NCBI RefSeq assembly: GCF_004104415.1
Contig: NZ_CP034669.1
Length of the DNA stretch: 64,000 nucleotides
Direction: 5' to 3' (one strand)
From: Corallococcus coralloides
GTDB lineage: Bacteria > Myxococcota > Myxococcia > Myxococcales > Myxococcaceae
Below the pieces are notes generated by a model, which worked only from the letters and a program-made list of their open reading frames with translations, did no database searches and was not told the origin of the DNA. Of this stretch, positions 9,079 to 18,733 are shown in pieces; within the stretch, counting starts at the first letter, position 1, and each line of letters opens with the position of its first letter. Both the position numbers and the translations under genes were made by a program.

Positions 9079-9244
9079 CAGAGGGGGGCGGAGTGTAGGA
9101 ACGCGGCCCTGCCCCGGGCAACTGAATAGGGCTGCCACTATTCCCGGCCGCCCGCCCGCCGACATCCGCCCCCATCCATAGGGCGTGCGCCGCTCCCCTG
9201 GAGGGGGAACGGGCACGCTCCGGCGGTGAAGCGGCGGCCGGGCA

Positions 9245-11353
9245 TCAGGCCGCGGCGAGTTCGGCCTGGATCTTGGAAAAGTCCGCCACCTGGTTGAACA
9301 GGGCGCCAATCTCCGTGAGGAACCGGATGCGGTTCTCCCGCAGGTCCTTGTCCTCGGCCATCACCATCACCTTGTCGAAGAAGGTGTCCACGGCGGGCTT
9401 CAGGCCGGTGATCTCCTTGAGCGCGCCGGCGAAGTCGTCCGCGCGCACATGCTCACCCACCTTGTCGCGCGCCTGGGTGAAGGCGGTGTGGAGGTTCTTC
9501 TCCGGCTCGTCGGTGAAGCGCTGCGGGTTGGTCTGCCCGCCCGCCACGTCCTTGCCCTGCTTCTCCACGATGTTGACCACGCGCTTGAACGCCGCCGCCA
9601 GCGGCTGGAAGTCCGAGTGGCCCACCAGCAGGCTCAGGGCCTCCAGGCGCTTCTTCGCGGCCACCAGGTCGTCGAAGCCCACGGCCAGCACCGCCTCCAC
9701 GACGTCCGTGCGGTGCTGCTCGCCCCACAGCGCCTTGAGGCGGCCGCGGAAGAACTCCAGCACCTGCTCGCGCGGGGCCGCTTCACCCGGCTTGCGCTTC
9801 ACGTTGGCCAGCTTGGGGGCCAGCAGGCGCAGCGCCTCATCCACCGCGGCGGACAGGCTGAAGCGGTAGCCGCGCCCCAGCACGATGCGGATGATGGACA
9901 GGCACGCGCGGCGCAGCGCGAACGGATCCGCCGCGCCGGACGGCGCCTTGCCAATGGCGAAGATGCCGCACAGCGAGTCCAGCCGGTCCGCCAGGCCGAT
10001 GAGCGCGCCCGCGTCCTGGGACGGCAGCGCGTCCTCGGCGCCGCGGGGCAGGTAGTGCTCGAAGATGGCCAGCGCCACCGCGTCGGGCTCGCCGCCCGCT
10101 CTCGCGTACTCGCGGCCCATCACGCCCTGGAGCTCCGGGAACTCGCCCACCATGCCGGTGACCAGGTCCGCCTTGGACAGCGTGGCGGCGCGCTCCACCG
10201 TGGCCGCCTCCCCTGCCCTGTCCGTGGCCTGGGCCAGCCAGCCCGCCAGCGCGCGGAAGCGCTCCACCTTCTCCAGGTACGTGCCCAGCTGGCCCTGCCA
10301 CACCACGCGGCCCAGCTTCTCCACGCGGTCCGCCAGCGGCGTGCGGCGGTCCTCGTCGAAGAAGAAGCGCCCGTCCGCGAGCCGCGCCGCCAGCACGCGC
10401 TGGTAGCCGCGCAGGGACAGCTGCTCGTCGCGCACCGGCGTGTTGGACACGGCGATGAAGCGCGGCAGCAGCTTCCCCTTCGCGTCCGTCAGCGAGAAGT
10501 AGCGCTGGTGGCTCTTCATCTCCTGCACCAGGACTTCCGGGGGCAGGTCCAGGTGGCGCTCCTCGAAGCTGCCCACCACGGGGCTCGGCAGCTCCACCAG
10601 GTTCGTCACTTGGTCCACCAGGCCCTCGTCCTCCAGCAGCCGAGCGCCCGCCGAAGTGGCCGCGGCGTTCACCTTGCGCAGCAGCTCCGCGCGGCGCTTC
10701 GCGATGTCCGGCACCACGTGCGCCTTCTCCAGCGCGGCCTCGTAGTCCGAGGGCGCCTTCAGCGCGATGGCGCCCGGCGCGAGGAAGCGGTGGCCGTAGG
10801 TCGTGCGGCCCGCCTTCACGTCGCCCAGCACCACCGGCAGCTCCGTGTCGCCCAGGAGCGCCACCAGCCACTGCACCGGGCGCGCGAAGGCCGTGTCCAC
10901 GTCACCCCAGCGCATGGACTTCTTGAAGTTGATGCCGTGCACGGCCGCGTGCACCGCGTCCTGGAGGATGGCCTCCGCCGGACGGCCCTTCTCCTCCACG
11001 CGCGCGGAGACGTACTCGCCCTTGGCCGTGGTGGTGCGCCCGAGCGCGTCCACGGACAGCTTGAGGCTTTCGGCGAACTTCTCCGCCGCCTTGGTGGGCT
11101 TGCCCTGCGCGTCGAAGGCGGCCTTGGCGCTGGGGCCCAGCACCTCCTTCGTGATGTCCTCGCCCGCGTCCGCCACGCCGCGGACCAGGACGGCCAGCCG
11201 GCGCGGCGTGCCGAACGTGCGCACCTCGCCGTGCTTCAGGCGGGCGTCGGCCATGCGCTCGGTGAGCACGCGCTTCAGGTCCTCCAGCGCGGGGATGATG
11301 AACGACGCCGGGAGTTCCTCGGCACCGACCTCCAGCAGCAGATCACGCGCCAC
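9245..11353 (-). CDS. glyS: Glycine--tRNA ligase beta subunit
   Basis: 702 aa; [18 protein letters not shown]… characteristic GlyS N-terminus and length; overlaps glyQ stop by 11 nt as usual. Confidence 0.93.
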   Translation of the reverse strand: MARDLLLEVGAEELPASFIIPALEDLKRVLTERMADARLKHGEVRTFGTPRRLAVLVRGVADAGEDITKEVLGPSAKAAFDAQGKPTKAAEKFAESLKLSVDALGRTTTAKGEYVSARVEEKGRPAEAILQDAVHAAVHGINFKKSMRWGDVDTAFARPVQWLVALLGDTELPVVLGDVKAGRTTYGHRFLAPGAIALKAPSDYEAALEKAHVVPDIAKRRAELLRKVNAAATSAGARLLEDEGLVDQVTNLVELPSPVVGSFEERHLDLPPEVLVQEMKSHQRYFSLTDAKGKLLPRFIAVSNTPVRDEQLSLRGYQRVLAARLADGRFFFDEDRRTPLADRVEKLGRVVWQGQLGTYLEKVERFRALAGWLAQATDRAGEAATVERAATLSKADLVTGMVGEFPELQGVMGREYARAGGEPDAVALAIFEHYLPRGAEDALPSQDAGALIGLADRLDSLCGIFAIGKAPSGAADPFALRRACLSIIRIVLGRGYRFSLSAAVDEALRLLAPKLANVKRKPGEAAPREQVLEFFRGRLKALWGEQHRTDVVEAVLAVGFDDLVAAKKRLEALSLLVGHSDFQPLAAAFKRVVNIVEKQGKDVAGGQTNPQRFTDEPEKNLHTAFTQARDKVGEHVRADDFAGALKEITGLKPAVDTFFDKVMVMAEDKDLRENRIRFLTEIGALFNQVADFSKIQAELAAA

Positions 11354-12335
11354 GAGCCACCTCCGCCTTCTCCTTCTTCTCCACCGGCTTGTTGAGCTGC
11401 ACCGTCTTCCAGTAGTCGCTGGCGGGCTTGCCCTCCAGCACCGGCGGCTGCTCGCCCACGGTCCACGGCGTCTTCGTCAGCGGGTAGCCCAGCCGCTCGC
11501 GCATCTGGAGGTAGCCTTCCGCGCACAGGCGCGCGTTGTCACGCACGCGCTTGATGAAGTTGGCGCGCTCGGTGACGGAGATGGCGCCGCGCGCGTCCAG
11601 CAGGTTGAACGTGTGCGAGCACTTCAGCGCGTAGTCGTACGCGGGCATCGGCAGGTGGCGCTCGATGAGCCGCTTGCACTCCTTCTCGTACGCGTCGAAC
11701 ATCGAGAAGAGCATCTGCGGGTCGGACTCGTGGAGGGCGTACTTGCTCATCTCCACTTCGTTCGCGTGGAAGATTTCACGGTACTTCACGCCCTTGACCC
11801 ACTCGATGTCGTAGACGTTCTCCACGTTCTGCAGGTTCATCATCAGGCGCTCGAGCCCGTACGTCAGCTCCGCGGACACGGGGCGGCAGTCGAAGCCGCC
11901 GCACTGCTGGAAGTAGGTGAACTGCGTCACCTCCATCCCGTCGCACCACACCTCCCAGCCCAGGCCCCAGGCGCCCAGCGTGGGGGATTCCCAGTCGTCC
12001 TCGACGAAGCGGATGTCGTGCTCCAGCGGATCCATGCCCACCTTCCGCAGCGACTCCAGGTACAGCTCCTGGACGTTCTTGGGCGCGGGCTTGAGGATGA
12101 CCTGGAACTGGTGGTGCTGGAACAGGCGGTTCGGGTTCTCACCGAAGCGGCCGTCGGCGGGCCGCCGCGAGGGCTGCACATACGCGACGTTCCAGGGCTC
12201 GGGACCGAGCGCGCGCAGGAACGTGTAGGGGGCCATCGTGCCCGCGCCGACTTCCGTGTCGTACGACTGGGTGACGATGCATCCCTGGTCGGCCCAGTGC
12301 TTCTGGAGCGTGAGGATGAGGTCCTGGAAATACAT
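11343..12335 (-). CDS. glyQ: Glycine--tRNA ligase alpha subunit
   Basis: 330 aa; [19 protein letters not shown]…[23 protein letters not shown] highly conserved GlyQ sequence. Confidence 0.95.
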   Translation of the reverse strand: MYFQDLILTLQKHWADQGCIVTQSYDTEVGAGTMAPYTFLRALGPEPWNVAYVQPSRRPADGRFGENPNRLFQHHQFQVILKPAPKNVQELYLESLRKVGMDPLEHDIRFVEDDWESPTLGAWGLGWEVWCDGMEVTQFTYFQQCGGFDCRPVSAELTYGLERLMMNLQNVENVYDIEWVKGVKYREIFHANEVEMSKYALHESDPQMLFSMFDAYEKECKRLIERHLPMPAYDYALKCSHTFNLLDARGAISVTERANFIKRVRDNARLCAEGYLQMRERLGYPLTKTPWTVGEQPPVLEGKPASDYWKTVQLNKPVEKKEKAEVARGA

Positions 12336-12424
12336 GTTGGCGAGTCCTTCTCGCAGTGCGTCGAAGGCGAAGGCGGAACGCGGCGGACCCTAGTGAGGGG
12401 GTCCAGGAGCGTCAAGGACGGCGG

Positions 12425-14698
12425 TCAGTTCGAGTAGGCCGGGAGGTCGGCCAGTCGAATCTGCAGCTTCGTCACTTCGCCGGGACGGATGGGAGCGGAC
12501 AACAGCTTGCTCGTACCGCCGGGGTCCTGCGGGTCCACCACGCGCAAGCGGTACGTCCCGATGGGCAGGGGGAACTTGATCAACGGGGACGTGCCCAGCT
12601 GCGTGGCGCCGTCGAACACCGCCGCGTTCTTCGGCACGGTGTAGAGCGTCAGCCACCCCAGGCCCGCCTTCGCCGCGCCCTTCGAGGTGGTCGTGTCGAG
12701 CACCTCCGGGTTCTCCACCTGGGTGACGGTGGTGACGGGCTCCGGCGGCCGCTCCGAGGGCTCGGGCTTCGCGGGGCGCGGTTCCACCTTCGCCACCGCG
12801 GGCGCGTCCGGCGTGGCGGCCGGTTTCGTCTTGCGGCCTCCCTTGCCGGCGGGGGCCTTCTTCGTGTCCGCGGCGGTCGCTGCCACCACCGGCTCGGGCG
12901 TGGGCGGCGCCTCCACCGGCGCCGGCTCGGGCTCGGGCTCGGGGGTCGTCTTCTGGACGAAGCCCGGCGGAGGACCGGAGGGCTTCGGCGGCCACTGCCC
13001 GTTCGCGGCGGGGTCCACGGGCGGAGCCGGATCCAGCTCCGCCTTCACCCACTGCTTCGCGGAGTCGAACGCCGGCATGAACACGCGGCGCACGGGTTCG
13101 AGCGTCGCCATGTAGGCCACGCCGCCCAGGATGAGGAGCAGGAACAACCGCATGCCCCAGCCGGAGCCCTCGCGAGCGGGCGGGGCCACGGGGGGCGCTT
13201 CAACGGACTCCGCTTCCTCCACCTGGCGTGAGGGCCGCGAGGCGCCGCGCACCGGACGGGCCTTGAAGCGCTGGGTCTGGAGCTCGCTGGGCGGATCCAT
13301 CAGCCCGTCGGACTCGGCCGCGTCGCGGGCCTCGGTGGGCTCGGGCCGCGCGCTGGGACGGGCCCGCGAGGGCCGCACGGCGTCAGCGGGAGGACGGATG
13401 ACCCGGGGAACGGGCGTCCCGTCAGGCCCCGAGGGCCGCTGCGCGCGCGGCGTCACGGCGGGCGTGTTGAGGCGAGAGGCGCGGGCCTCCACGGCTTCAT
13501 TGGCGGGGCGCGGGGTGGCGCGGGGCGCGGGCGCCGTGGACTCGGCCGCGGTGCGACGGACGGGCGTGGGCTTGAAGGACGCCGCGACGTCCGCGGGCGG
13601 GGCCTCCGCGTGCGGCGACTTCACCTGCGCGGTGGCGGCGGAGGCGGCCTGCTCACTGCCCTCCTCCACCTGGAGCGCACCGGCGGCTTCGCTGACGCGG
13701 GCGTCCTCGGCGCGGCTGGCCAGCTCCAGGAGCGTGCGCGTCTTCTGGCGCTTCTCCTCGAAGAGCTCGCCCATGACGGCGGTCATCTGGTCTTCGTCGA
13801 ACAGCTCGGAGCCCAGCGTGGCCTCGATGGCGCGCGCCATCTCCCGGCAGGTCCCGAAGCGCTGGGTGGCATCGCGCGACAGCGCCTTGAGCACCACCGC
13901 TTCCAGGGCCTCCGGCACGGCCGCGTTGAGCGAGCGCGGCGCGGGGATGTCCCCGTCCACGATCTGCATCATCACGGCGGCTTCGCCGGGGGCGTTGAAC
14001 AGGCGCTGTCCCGCCAGCAGCTCGTGGAGCATCACGCCCGTGGAGAACTGGTCGCTGCGGCCATCCAGGTCCTTGTTGCGCACCTGCTCCGGGGACATGT
14101 ACCCGCTGGTCCCCTTCACGGTGCCCACCTGCGTGCGGCCCAGCTTGCCGCGCGCCTTGGCGATGCCGAAGTCGATCACCTTCACGACGCCGTCGTAGGT
14201 GAGCATCACGTTCTTCGGGGACACGTCGCGGTGCACCACCGCCACCGGGCGGCCCGACGGATCCATGAAGTGGTGGGCGTAGTGCAGGCCCAGGCACGTG
14301 TCGCGAATCACGCGCGCGCTGAAGCCCAGCGGCAGCGCGTACTTGCGCCGCTCCGCCATCTTCACCACCTGCTCCAGGTTCTGGCCGGGCAGGAACTCCA
14401 TGGCGAGGTACAGCTCGCCGTCCTCCTCACCCAGGTCGAACACCTGTCCGATGTTCGCGTGCGAGAAGGCCGCGGTGATGCGCGCCTCATCCAGGAACAT
14501 CTTGACGAACTGGTCGTCCTTCTTGATGTCGGGGAGGATCTGCTTCACCGCCACGAACTTGCGGAAGCCACCGGGGCCGGAGGTGTACGCGAGGAACAGC
14601 TCCGCCATCCCGCCCATCGAGAGTCGGGTGAGGATCTCGTACTTTCCAATGCGCCGCCCCCGGTCGGGATCGTCTCCGGCGACTCCCTGCGTGCTCAT
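12425..14698 (-). CDS. Ser/Thr protein kinase with TM segment and C-terminal PEGA domain
   Basis: Hanks kinase motifs (VAVK, HRDVSPKNVML, DFGIAK, GTSGYMSPEQ). Pro-rich linker, TM LFLLLILGGVAYMATL, C-terminal PEGA-like beta domain (LGWLTLYTVPKNAAVFDG…YRLRVV). Track ORF extends to 14935; ATG at 14696-14698 (MSTQGVAGDD…) is the likely real start. Confidence 0.9.
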   Translation of the reverse strand: MSTQGVAGDDPDRGRRIGKYEILTRLSMGGMAELFLAYTSGPGGFRKFVAVKQILPDIKKDDQFVKMFLDEARITAAFSHANIGQVFDLGEEDGELYLAMEFLPGQNLEQVVKMAERRKYALPLGFSARVIRDTCLGLHYAHHFMDPSGRPVAVVHRDVSPKNVMLTYDGVVKVIDFGIAKARGKLGRTQVGTVKGTSGYMSPEQVRNKDLDGRSDQFSTGVMLHELLAGQRLFNAPGEAAVMMQIVDGDIPAPRSLNAAVPEALEAVVLKALSRDATQRFGTCREMARAIEATLGSELFDEDQMTAVMGELFEEKRQKTRTLLELASRAEDARVSEAAGALQVEEGSEQAASAATAQVKSPHAEAPPADVAASFKPTPVRRTAAESTAPAPRATPRPANEAVEARASRLNTPAVTPRAQRPSGPDGTPVPRVIRPPADAVRPSRARPSARPEPTEARDAAESDGLMDPPSELQTQRFKARPVRGASRPSRQVEEAESVEAPPVAPPAREGSGWGMRLFLLLILGGVAYMATLEPVRRVFMPAFDSAKQWVKAELDPAPPVDPAANGQWPPKPSGPPPGFVQKTTPEPEPEPAPVEAPPTPEPVVAATAADTKKAPAGKGGRKTKPAATPDAPAVAKVEPRPAKPEPSERPPEPVTTVTQVENPEVLDTTTSKGAAKAGLGWLTLYTVPKNAAVFDGATQLGTSPLIKFPLPIGTYRLRVVDPQDPGGTSKLLSAPIRPGEVTKLQIRLADLPAYSN

Positions 14699-14790
14699 GC
14701 GGGGGCGGATGTTACCCGCCGAACCCTCCCAGGTCGATGACCGTCTTTCCAGACGGTCCCTCCCGGCCTCCGGAGTCCGGTGAAAGCGGG

Positions 14791-15579
14791 TTAGGCGCCG
14801 AACCGCCGCCGCCGCACGTCGAGCATCCAGGCCTCGAGCGCGGCCACGGCCGCCGGTGGTGGCTCCAGAGGCAACACGGAGGCCGCGTCCGCCGCGTCGA
14901 GCACCGCGAAGGCGCGCGTCACCTCCCGCTGCCACGCTTCGCTGAGCGCGTCGGTCAGCTCGATGCGCTCACCGCTCCGCTTGCGCTCCACCAGCGTGCG
15001 GGCTTCGCCAAAGCCATACGGCTCCAGCAGGACGGTGACGTCCGTCTCCACCTCGCCCGTGCGCAGCGCATGCGTCCCGGTGAGCGTGGTGCGCAGCACG
15101 TACAGCAACTTCTTCACGGAGCGGAATCCGCTCTTCTCCCACTCGCGCAACTGCCCCTGCGCGAAGCCGCGGTAGTGCCGGTGGATGCGCCGCGACAGCA
15201 CGGCCCGCACCAGCGGCCGCAGCGCCTCCAGCTCCGGCAGGGCCCGCACGGTGATGGCCCCCAGCACCCGCTCGATGTAGTTGCCGTTGCCCTGGAGGAT
15301 GCCCAGCAGCACGGGCTGCAGCTCGTTGGACGAGTAGTCCACCTCCACGCCCTCCAGCACCTCCAGCCGCTCCGCCGGCACGTGCCGGGGCTGGAGGCCA
15401 AGCAGCGCGGCGGTGTGCGCGATGTGGATGGCCTTGAGGTCCAGGTCGCTGTCATGCGACGGGAAACCGTACGCATGCGCGCCGGACAGCGAGATGACCA
15501 GGTGCTCGCGCTGGAGGGACTCCGCGTCCAGCACGCGGTCCGCCATGTGCTCCTGATGCTCCGTCACCCTGCCCTTCAT
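14791..15579 (-). CDS. Pol-beta superfamily nucleotidyltransferase, RlaP/YcgL-like
   Basis: 262 aa; N-terminal GS/GA…hDhDh NTase motif (LSGAHAYGFPSHDSDLDLKAIH); size and motif fit PF10127-type minimal NTases. Start ATG overlaps upstream stop (ATGA). Confidence 0.6.
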   Translation of the reverse strand: MKGRVTEHQEHMADRVLDAESLQREHLVISLSGAHAYGFPSHDSDLDLKAIHIAHTAALLGLQPRHVPAERLEVLEGVEVDYSSNELQPVLLGILQGNGNYIERVLGAITVRALPELEALRPLVRAVLSRRIHRHYRGFAQGQLREWEKSGFRSVKKLLYVLRTTLTGTHALRTGEVETDVTVLLEPYGFGEARTLVERKRSGERIELTDALSEAWQREVTRAFAVLDAADAASVLPLEPPPAAVAALEAWMLDVRRRRFGA

Positions 15580-16865
15580 TCCGTCCCTCCTTCCAGCGCC
15601 GGAGCCTCCGGCGCGTCACGGCCCAGCGGGCCGGGCGTCTTCAAGACCCAGCGCCGCGCGACCTCGTCCCCCACGCGCCGCAGCAGCCGGTCCGCGCGGG
15701 CGTAGTCCGGATGCTCCGGCAGCCGGCTCTCGCGGTGCGCGGCCTCCAACGCCGGAGCCATGGCCTCGGCGTCGCGCAGCACGTCCTCCAGTGGCACCTG
15801 TCCGCCCTTGATGTCGAGCAGCCGCGCCTTCAACGCCCCCGTCGCCTCGAAGGAGGGCACACCGTCGCGCAGCCAGCCGGTCGCCAGCGCCACCAGCCGC
15901 AGCAGGTTGTAGGCGTTCTTCGGCCGCAGCTCCCGGGCGGACGGAGGACGCTGACCGCCGCCGCGCGCGTACGCCGTGAGCGCCGCGAAGTCGTTCGACG
16001 CGAGCAGCCCCTGGTCCCAGAGCGAGCGGTAGAGCTGCTTGACGTACGTCTTCGCCGCGAGCACCGCGTCCTCGGGCGTGGGCGCGGCACGAGGCGACAC
16101 GGCGGACAGGCGACGGGCCACTTCGTCCAGGTCCGGCGTGGGCTCCTCGCACAGCCACGCGAGGAGCAGGTCGCGGTGCTCGGCCAGCCGCTGGCTGCGG
16201 GTGAGCTTGTCGAGCTGGCTCATGGCGTAGCGCCCGAAGCTGCCGAAGATGGCCTTGGAGACGAACGCCTCGCGCGCCTCCAGCACCCACGTGCCCAGCT
16301 CGTCCACCGCCGTCGCGCCGGGGACGAAGAGGGTCTCCAGCGTGTTCGGATCCGCGCGCAGCGCCTGCTCCACCGTCTTGCGGACCTCCCAGTACGTGGT
16401 GCTGCCATCCGCGCTCACCAGGTCCTGCGGCGGCTGCCCCAGGCCGAGCGTCCACGGAAGCGGCAGCGCGAACACACCGCGCACGTCCACGTCCGAGCGC
16501 TCATCCGCGAGCCCCCACGCATGACTGCCCACGCGCGTCTCCAGCACCACGCACGGACGCAGCGCGCCCCAGGCCGCCTCGCGCCGCTGGGCGAACTGCA
16601 CCTGTCCCGCGCGCCGGGGCACCAGCTCGTCGCGCGCGAACCACACCTCGCCCACGCCGACGATCTGCACGTCGAAGCCGCCGTCATGCGCGCGCACCAC
16701 GCGGCCCACCACGCCCTGGGGGATGCGGCGTCCCCCGGACGCCACGCGCTCCACGCGGGTCGTGACCTCGGTGCCATGCGGCAGGGGCACCGACAGCCGG
16801 TCGATCTGCTCCAGCCCCCGGACACGCGCCGGAGCGGAGGAAGAAGCCTCACGGGTGTCACTCAT
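15576..16865 (-). CDS. Nucleotidyltransferase domain protein (RlaP-like N-terminal NTase plus about 250 aa C-terminal extension)
   Basis: NTase motif VGSHAWGLADERSDVDVRGVF. Track ORF to 16916; ATG at 16863-16865 (MSDTREASS…) preferred. Confidence 0.6.
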   Translation of the reverse strand: MSDTREASSSAPARVRGLEQIDRLSVPLPHGTEVTTRVERVASGGRRIPQGVVGRVVRAHDGGFDVQIVGVGEVWFARDELVPRRAGQVQFAQRREAAWGALRPCVVLETRVGSHAWGLADERSDVDVRGVFALPLPWTLGLGQPPQDLVSADGSTTYWEVRKTVEQALRADPNTLETLFVPGATAVDELGTWVLEAREAFVSKAIFGSFGRYAMSQLDKLTRSQRLAEHRDLLLAWLCEEPTPDLDEVARRLSAVSPRAAPTPEDAVLAAKTYVKQLYRSLWDQGLLASNDFAALTAYARGGGQRPPSARELRPKNAYNLLRLVALATGWLRDGVPSFEATGALKARLLDIKGGQVPLEDVLRDAEAMAPALEAAHRESRLPEHPDYARADRLLRRVGDEVARRWVLKTPGPLGRDAPEAPALEGGTE

Positions 16866-16943
16866 CGGTCCCTCCTGGATGGGATGGCGGGCCACGCAGG
16901 ACGCAGCGAAGCACACGAGCCTGACCCGGCACGGTGCTTCCCG

Positions 16944-17957
16944 TCAGCGCGCGATGCGTCGCATGGTGGGCCGGGCAGGCAGCAGCCCCTCCACTTCGGA
17001 TGCCAGGGGGAGCGCCGACACCGCGCCCAGCCTCGTCACCACCCGGGCCCCCACGCCCGCCGCGAAGGTCATCAGCGCGACCAACTCCTCGCGGGTCGCC
17101 TCCTCCAGCGAGCGCGCGTCGCCGTACCAGCGCACCAGGCCGCTCAACATGGCGGACACGAAGCCATCACCCGCGCCTGTCGTGTCCACCACCGTCACCT
17201 GGGGCGCGGGGACGGAGAGGACCTCGCCCCGCCAGAGGAACACCGCGCCGCGAGGGCCCAGCGTCACCACGGGCAGCCGCACGCCCTGCGCGGCCAGCAC
17301 GTGCAGGGCGGCCTCGGGCGAGTGCTCACCGGTCGCGAAGCGGATCTCCTCCTCGGACAGCTTCACCACCGTGCACAGCGGGAGCATGCGCCCCAGGAGG
17401 GCTCGCAGCGCCTCGGGCTGGGTCCACATGTGCAGCCGCAGGTTCGGATCACAGCTCACCAGCATCCCGGCCTCACGCGCCAGGGTGAGCATGCGCACCA
17501 TGGCCTCGCGCGCCTCCGGCAGGAGCAGGGAGTTGGAGCCACAGTGCAGCGCCTTCGCGCGCCGCACGAAGCCACCGTCCACGTCGGAGTCGTCCAGCAG
17601 GAACTCCGCGGACCGGGTCCGGAAGTACGTGAAGCTGCGCTCGCCATGCGCGTCCAGCGAGACGAACAACAGGCCCGTGCGCGCGTGGTCCACCTGGCGC
17701 AGGCGGCTGACGTCCACGCCGTCCGCCGCCAGCCGGTCGCGAAGGAAGTGGCCGAACTCGTCGGAGCCCACCACGCCCACCATCGCCGAGCGCAGGCCCA
17801 ACCGCGCGAGCCCCACGGAGACGTTGGCCGGCGAGCCCCCCGGCGATGGCTTCCAGGCCTCCACGTCCCGCACGCGGGTGGCGCCGCCGGCCACGGGAAG
17901 GAAGTCCACCAGCGTTTCGCCGACACACACCACGTCCAGCGGCCCGGCTTCGTGCAT
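16944..17957 (-). CDS. PfkB-family carbohydrate/ribokinase-like kinase
   Basis: 337 aa; N-terminal VVCVGETLVDF and C-terminal DTTGAGDGFVSAM anion-hole/ATP motif of ribokinase superfamily. Confidence 0.85.
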   Translation of the reverse strand: MHEAGPLDVVCVGETLVDFLPVAGGATRVRDVEAWKPSPGGSPANVSVGLARLGLRSAMVGVVGSDEFGHFLRDRLAADGVDVSRLRQVDHARTGLLFVSLDAHGERSFTYFRTRSAEFLLDDSDVDGGFVRRAKALHCGSNSLLLPEAREAMVRMLTLAREAGMLVSCDPNLRLHMWTQPEALRALLGRMLPLCTVVKLSEEEIRFATGEHSPEAALHVLAAQGVRLPVVTLGPRGAVFLWRGEVLSVPAPQVTVVDTTGAGDGFVSAMLSGLVRWYGDARSLEEATREELVALMTFAAGVGARVVTRLGAVSALPLASEVEGLLPARPTMRRIAR

Positions 17958-17989
17958 GACAGCTCCCCCTGGGGACCGCGTGCTGCCCG

Positions 17990-18724
17990 TCAGTCCAGGC
18001 CCACCTGCGCCATGAAGTCCACGCTCTTGAGCTTGCGGCCCACGTGGTGCGCGATGAAGACGTTGAGCAGGCCCCGAGCCCGCGCGCGGAGGTCCGCGGG
18101 CAGCGGCGTGCGCTGGCCCTCCTGAAGCGAGCGCAGCCCGGTCAGCAGCGCCACCGGCACCGGCACCGAGTCACGCGCGCGTCCGCCACACGGCTCGCAC
18201 ACCGCGCCACCGTGGCCCTGGTCGAACCGGGGCCGCTCGCCGGGCAGACCGCCACACAGCGAGCAGGAGTCGAAGCGCGGCATCAAGCCCGCCTGCGCCA
18301 GCGCCGCCAGCTCGAACGCGAGCAGCGACGTGGGCCCGGCCTCCTTCGCGTCCAGCCGGTGCAGGTAGCCCTCCACCAGCTCGAACAGCTCCGGGTGCGG
18401 CTCGTGTTCGCGCGTGAGCTCGCGGCACAGCTCCACCGCGTACAGCGCCCGGGCGATGAGCGACAGGTCCTCGCGCGCGGCATAGAAGCCCGTGACGATG
18501 TCCGCTGAATCAATGCGCACCGTGCTGCCGCGCGTCTCCACGAGCTGCACGCGCAGCCGCATGAACGGCTCCAGCGCCCCCGCGAACCGGCGCTTGCTCT
18601 TGCGCGCGCCCGCGGCGAACGCGGTCAGCTTGCCGTGCTCACGCGTGAGCAGCGTCACCAGCCGGTCGGACTCGCCATAGTCGACCGTGGACAGCACGAA
18701 CGCGTCGTCGGCGTACCGCTCCAT
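17990..18724 (-). CDS. recO: DNA repair protein RecO
   Basis: 244 aa; N-terminal OB fold (AFVLSTVDYGESDRLVTLLTREHGKL) and C-terminal Cys4 zinc motif (CSLCG…CEPCG). Confidence 0.85.
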   Translation of the reverse strand: MERYADDAFVLSTVDYGESDRLVTLLTREHGKLTAFAAGARKSKRRFAGALEPFMRLRVQLVETRGSTVRIDSADIVTGFYAAREDLSLIARALYAVELCRELTREHEPHPELFELVEGYLHRLDAKEAGPTSLLAFELAALAQAGLMPRFDSCSLCGGLPGERPRFDQGHGGAVCEPCGGRARDSVPVPVALLTGLRSLQEGQRTPLPADLRARARGLLNVFIAHHVGRKLKSVDFMAQVGLD

Positions 18725-18733
18725 GATCCCTCT

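Noticed and set aside
9245-12335. T-box or other leader controlling glyQS
   Set aside because: glyQ starts within about 90 nt of the kinase gene with no long structured leader apparent; T-box control of glyQS is a Firmicutes feature and is not expected here.
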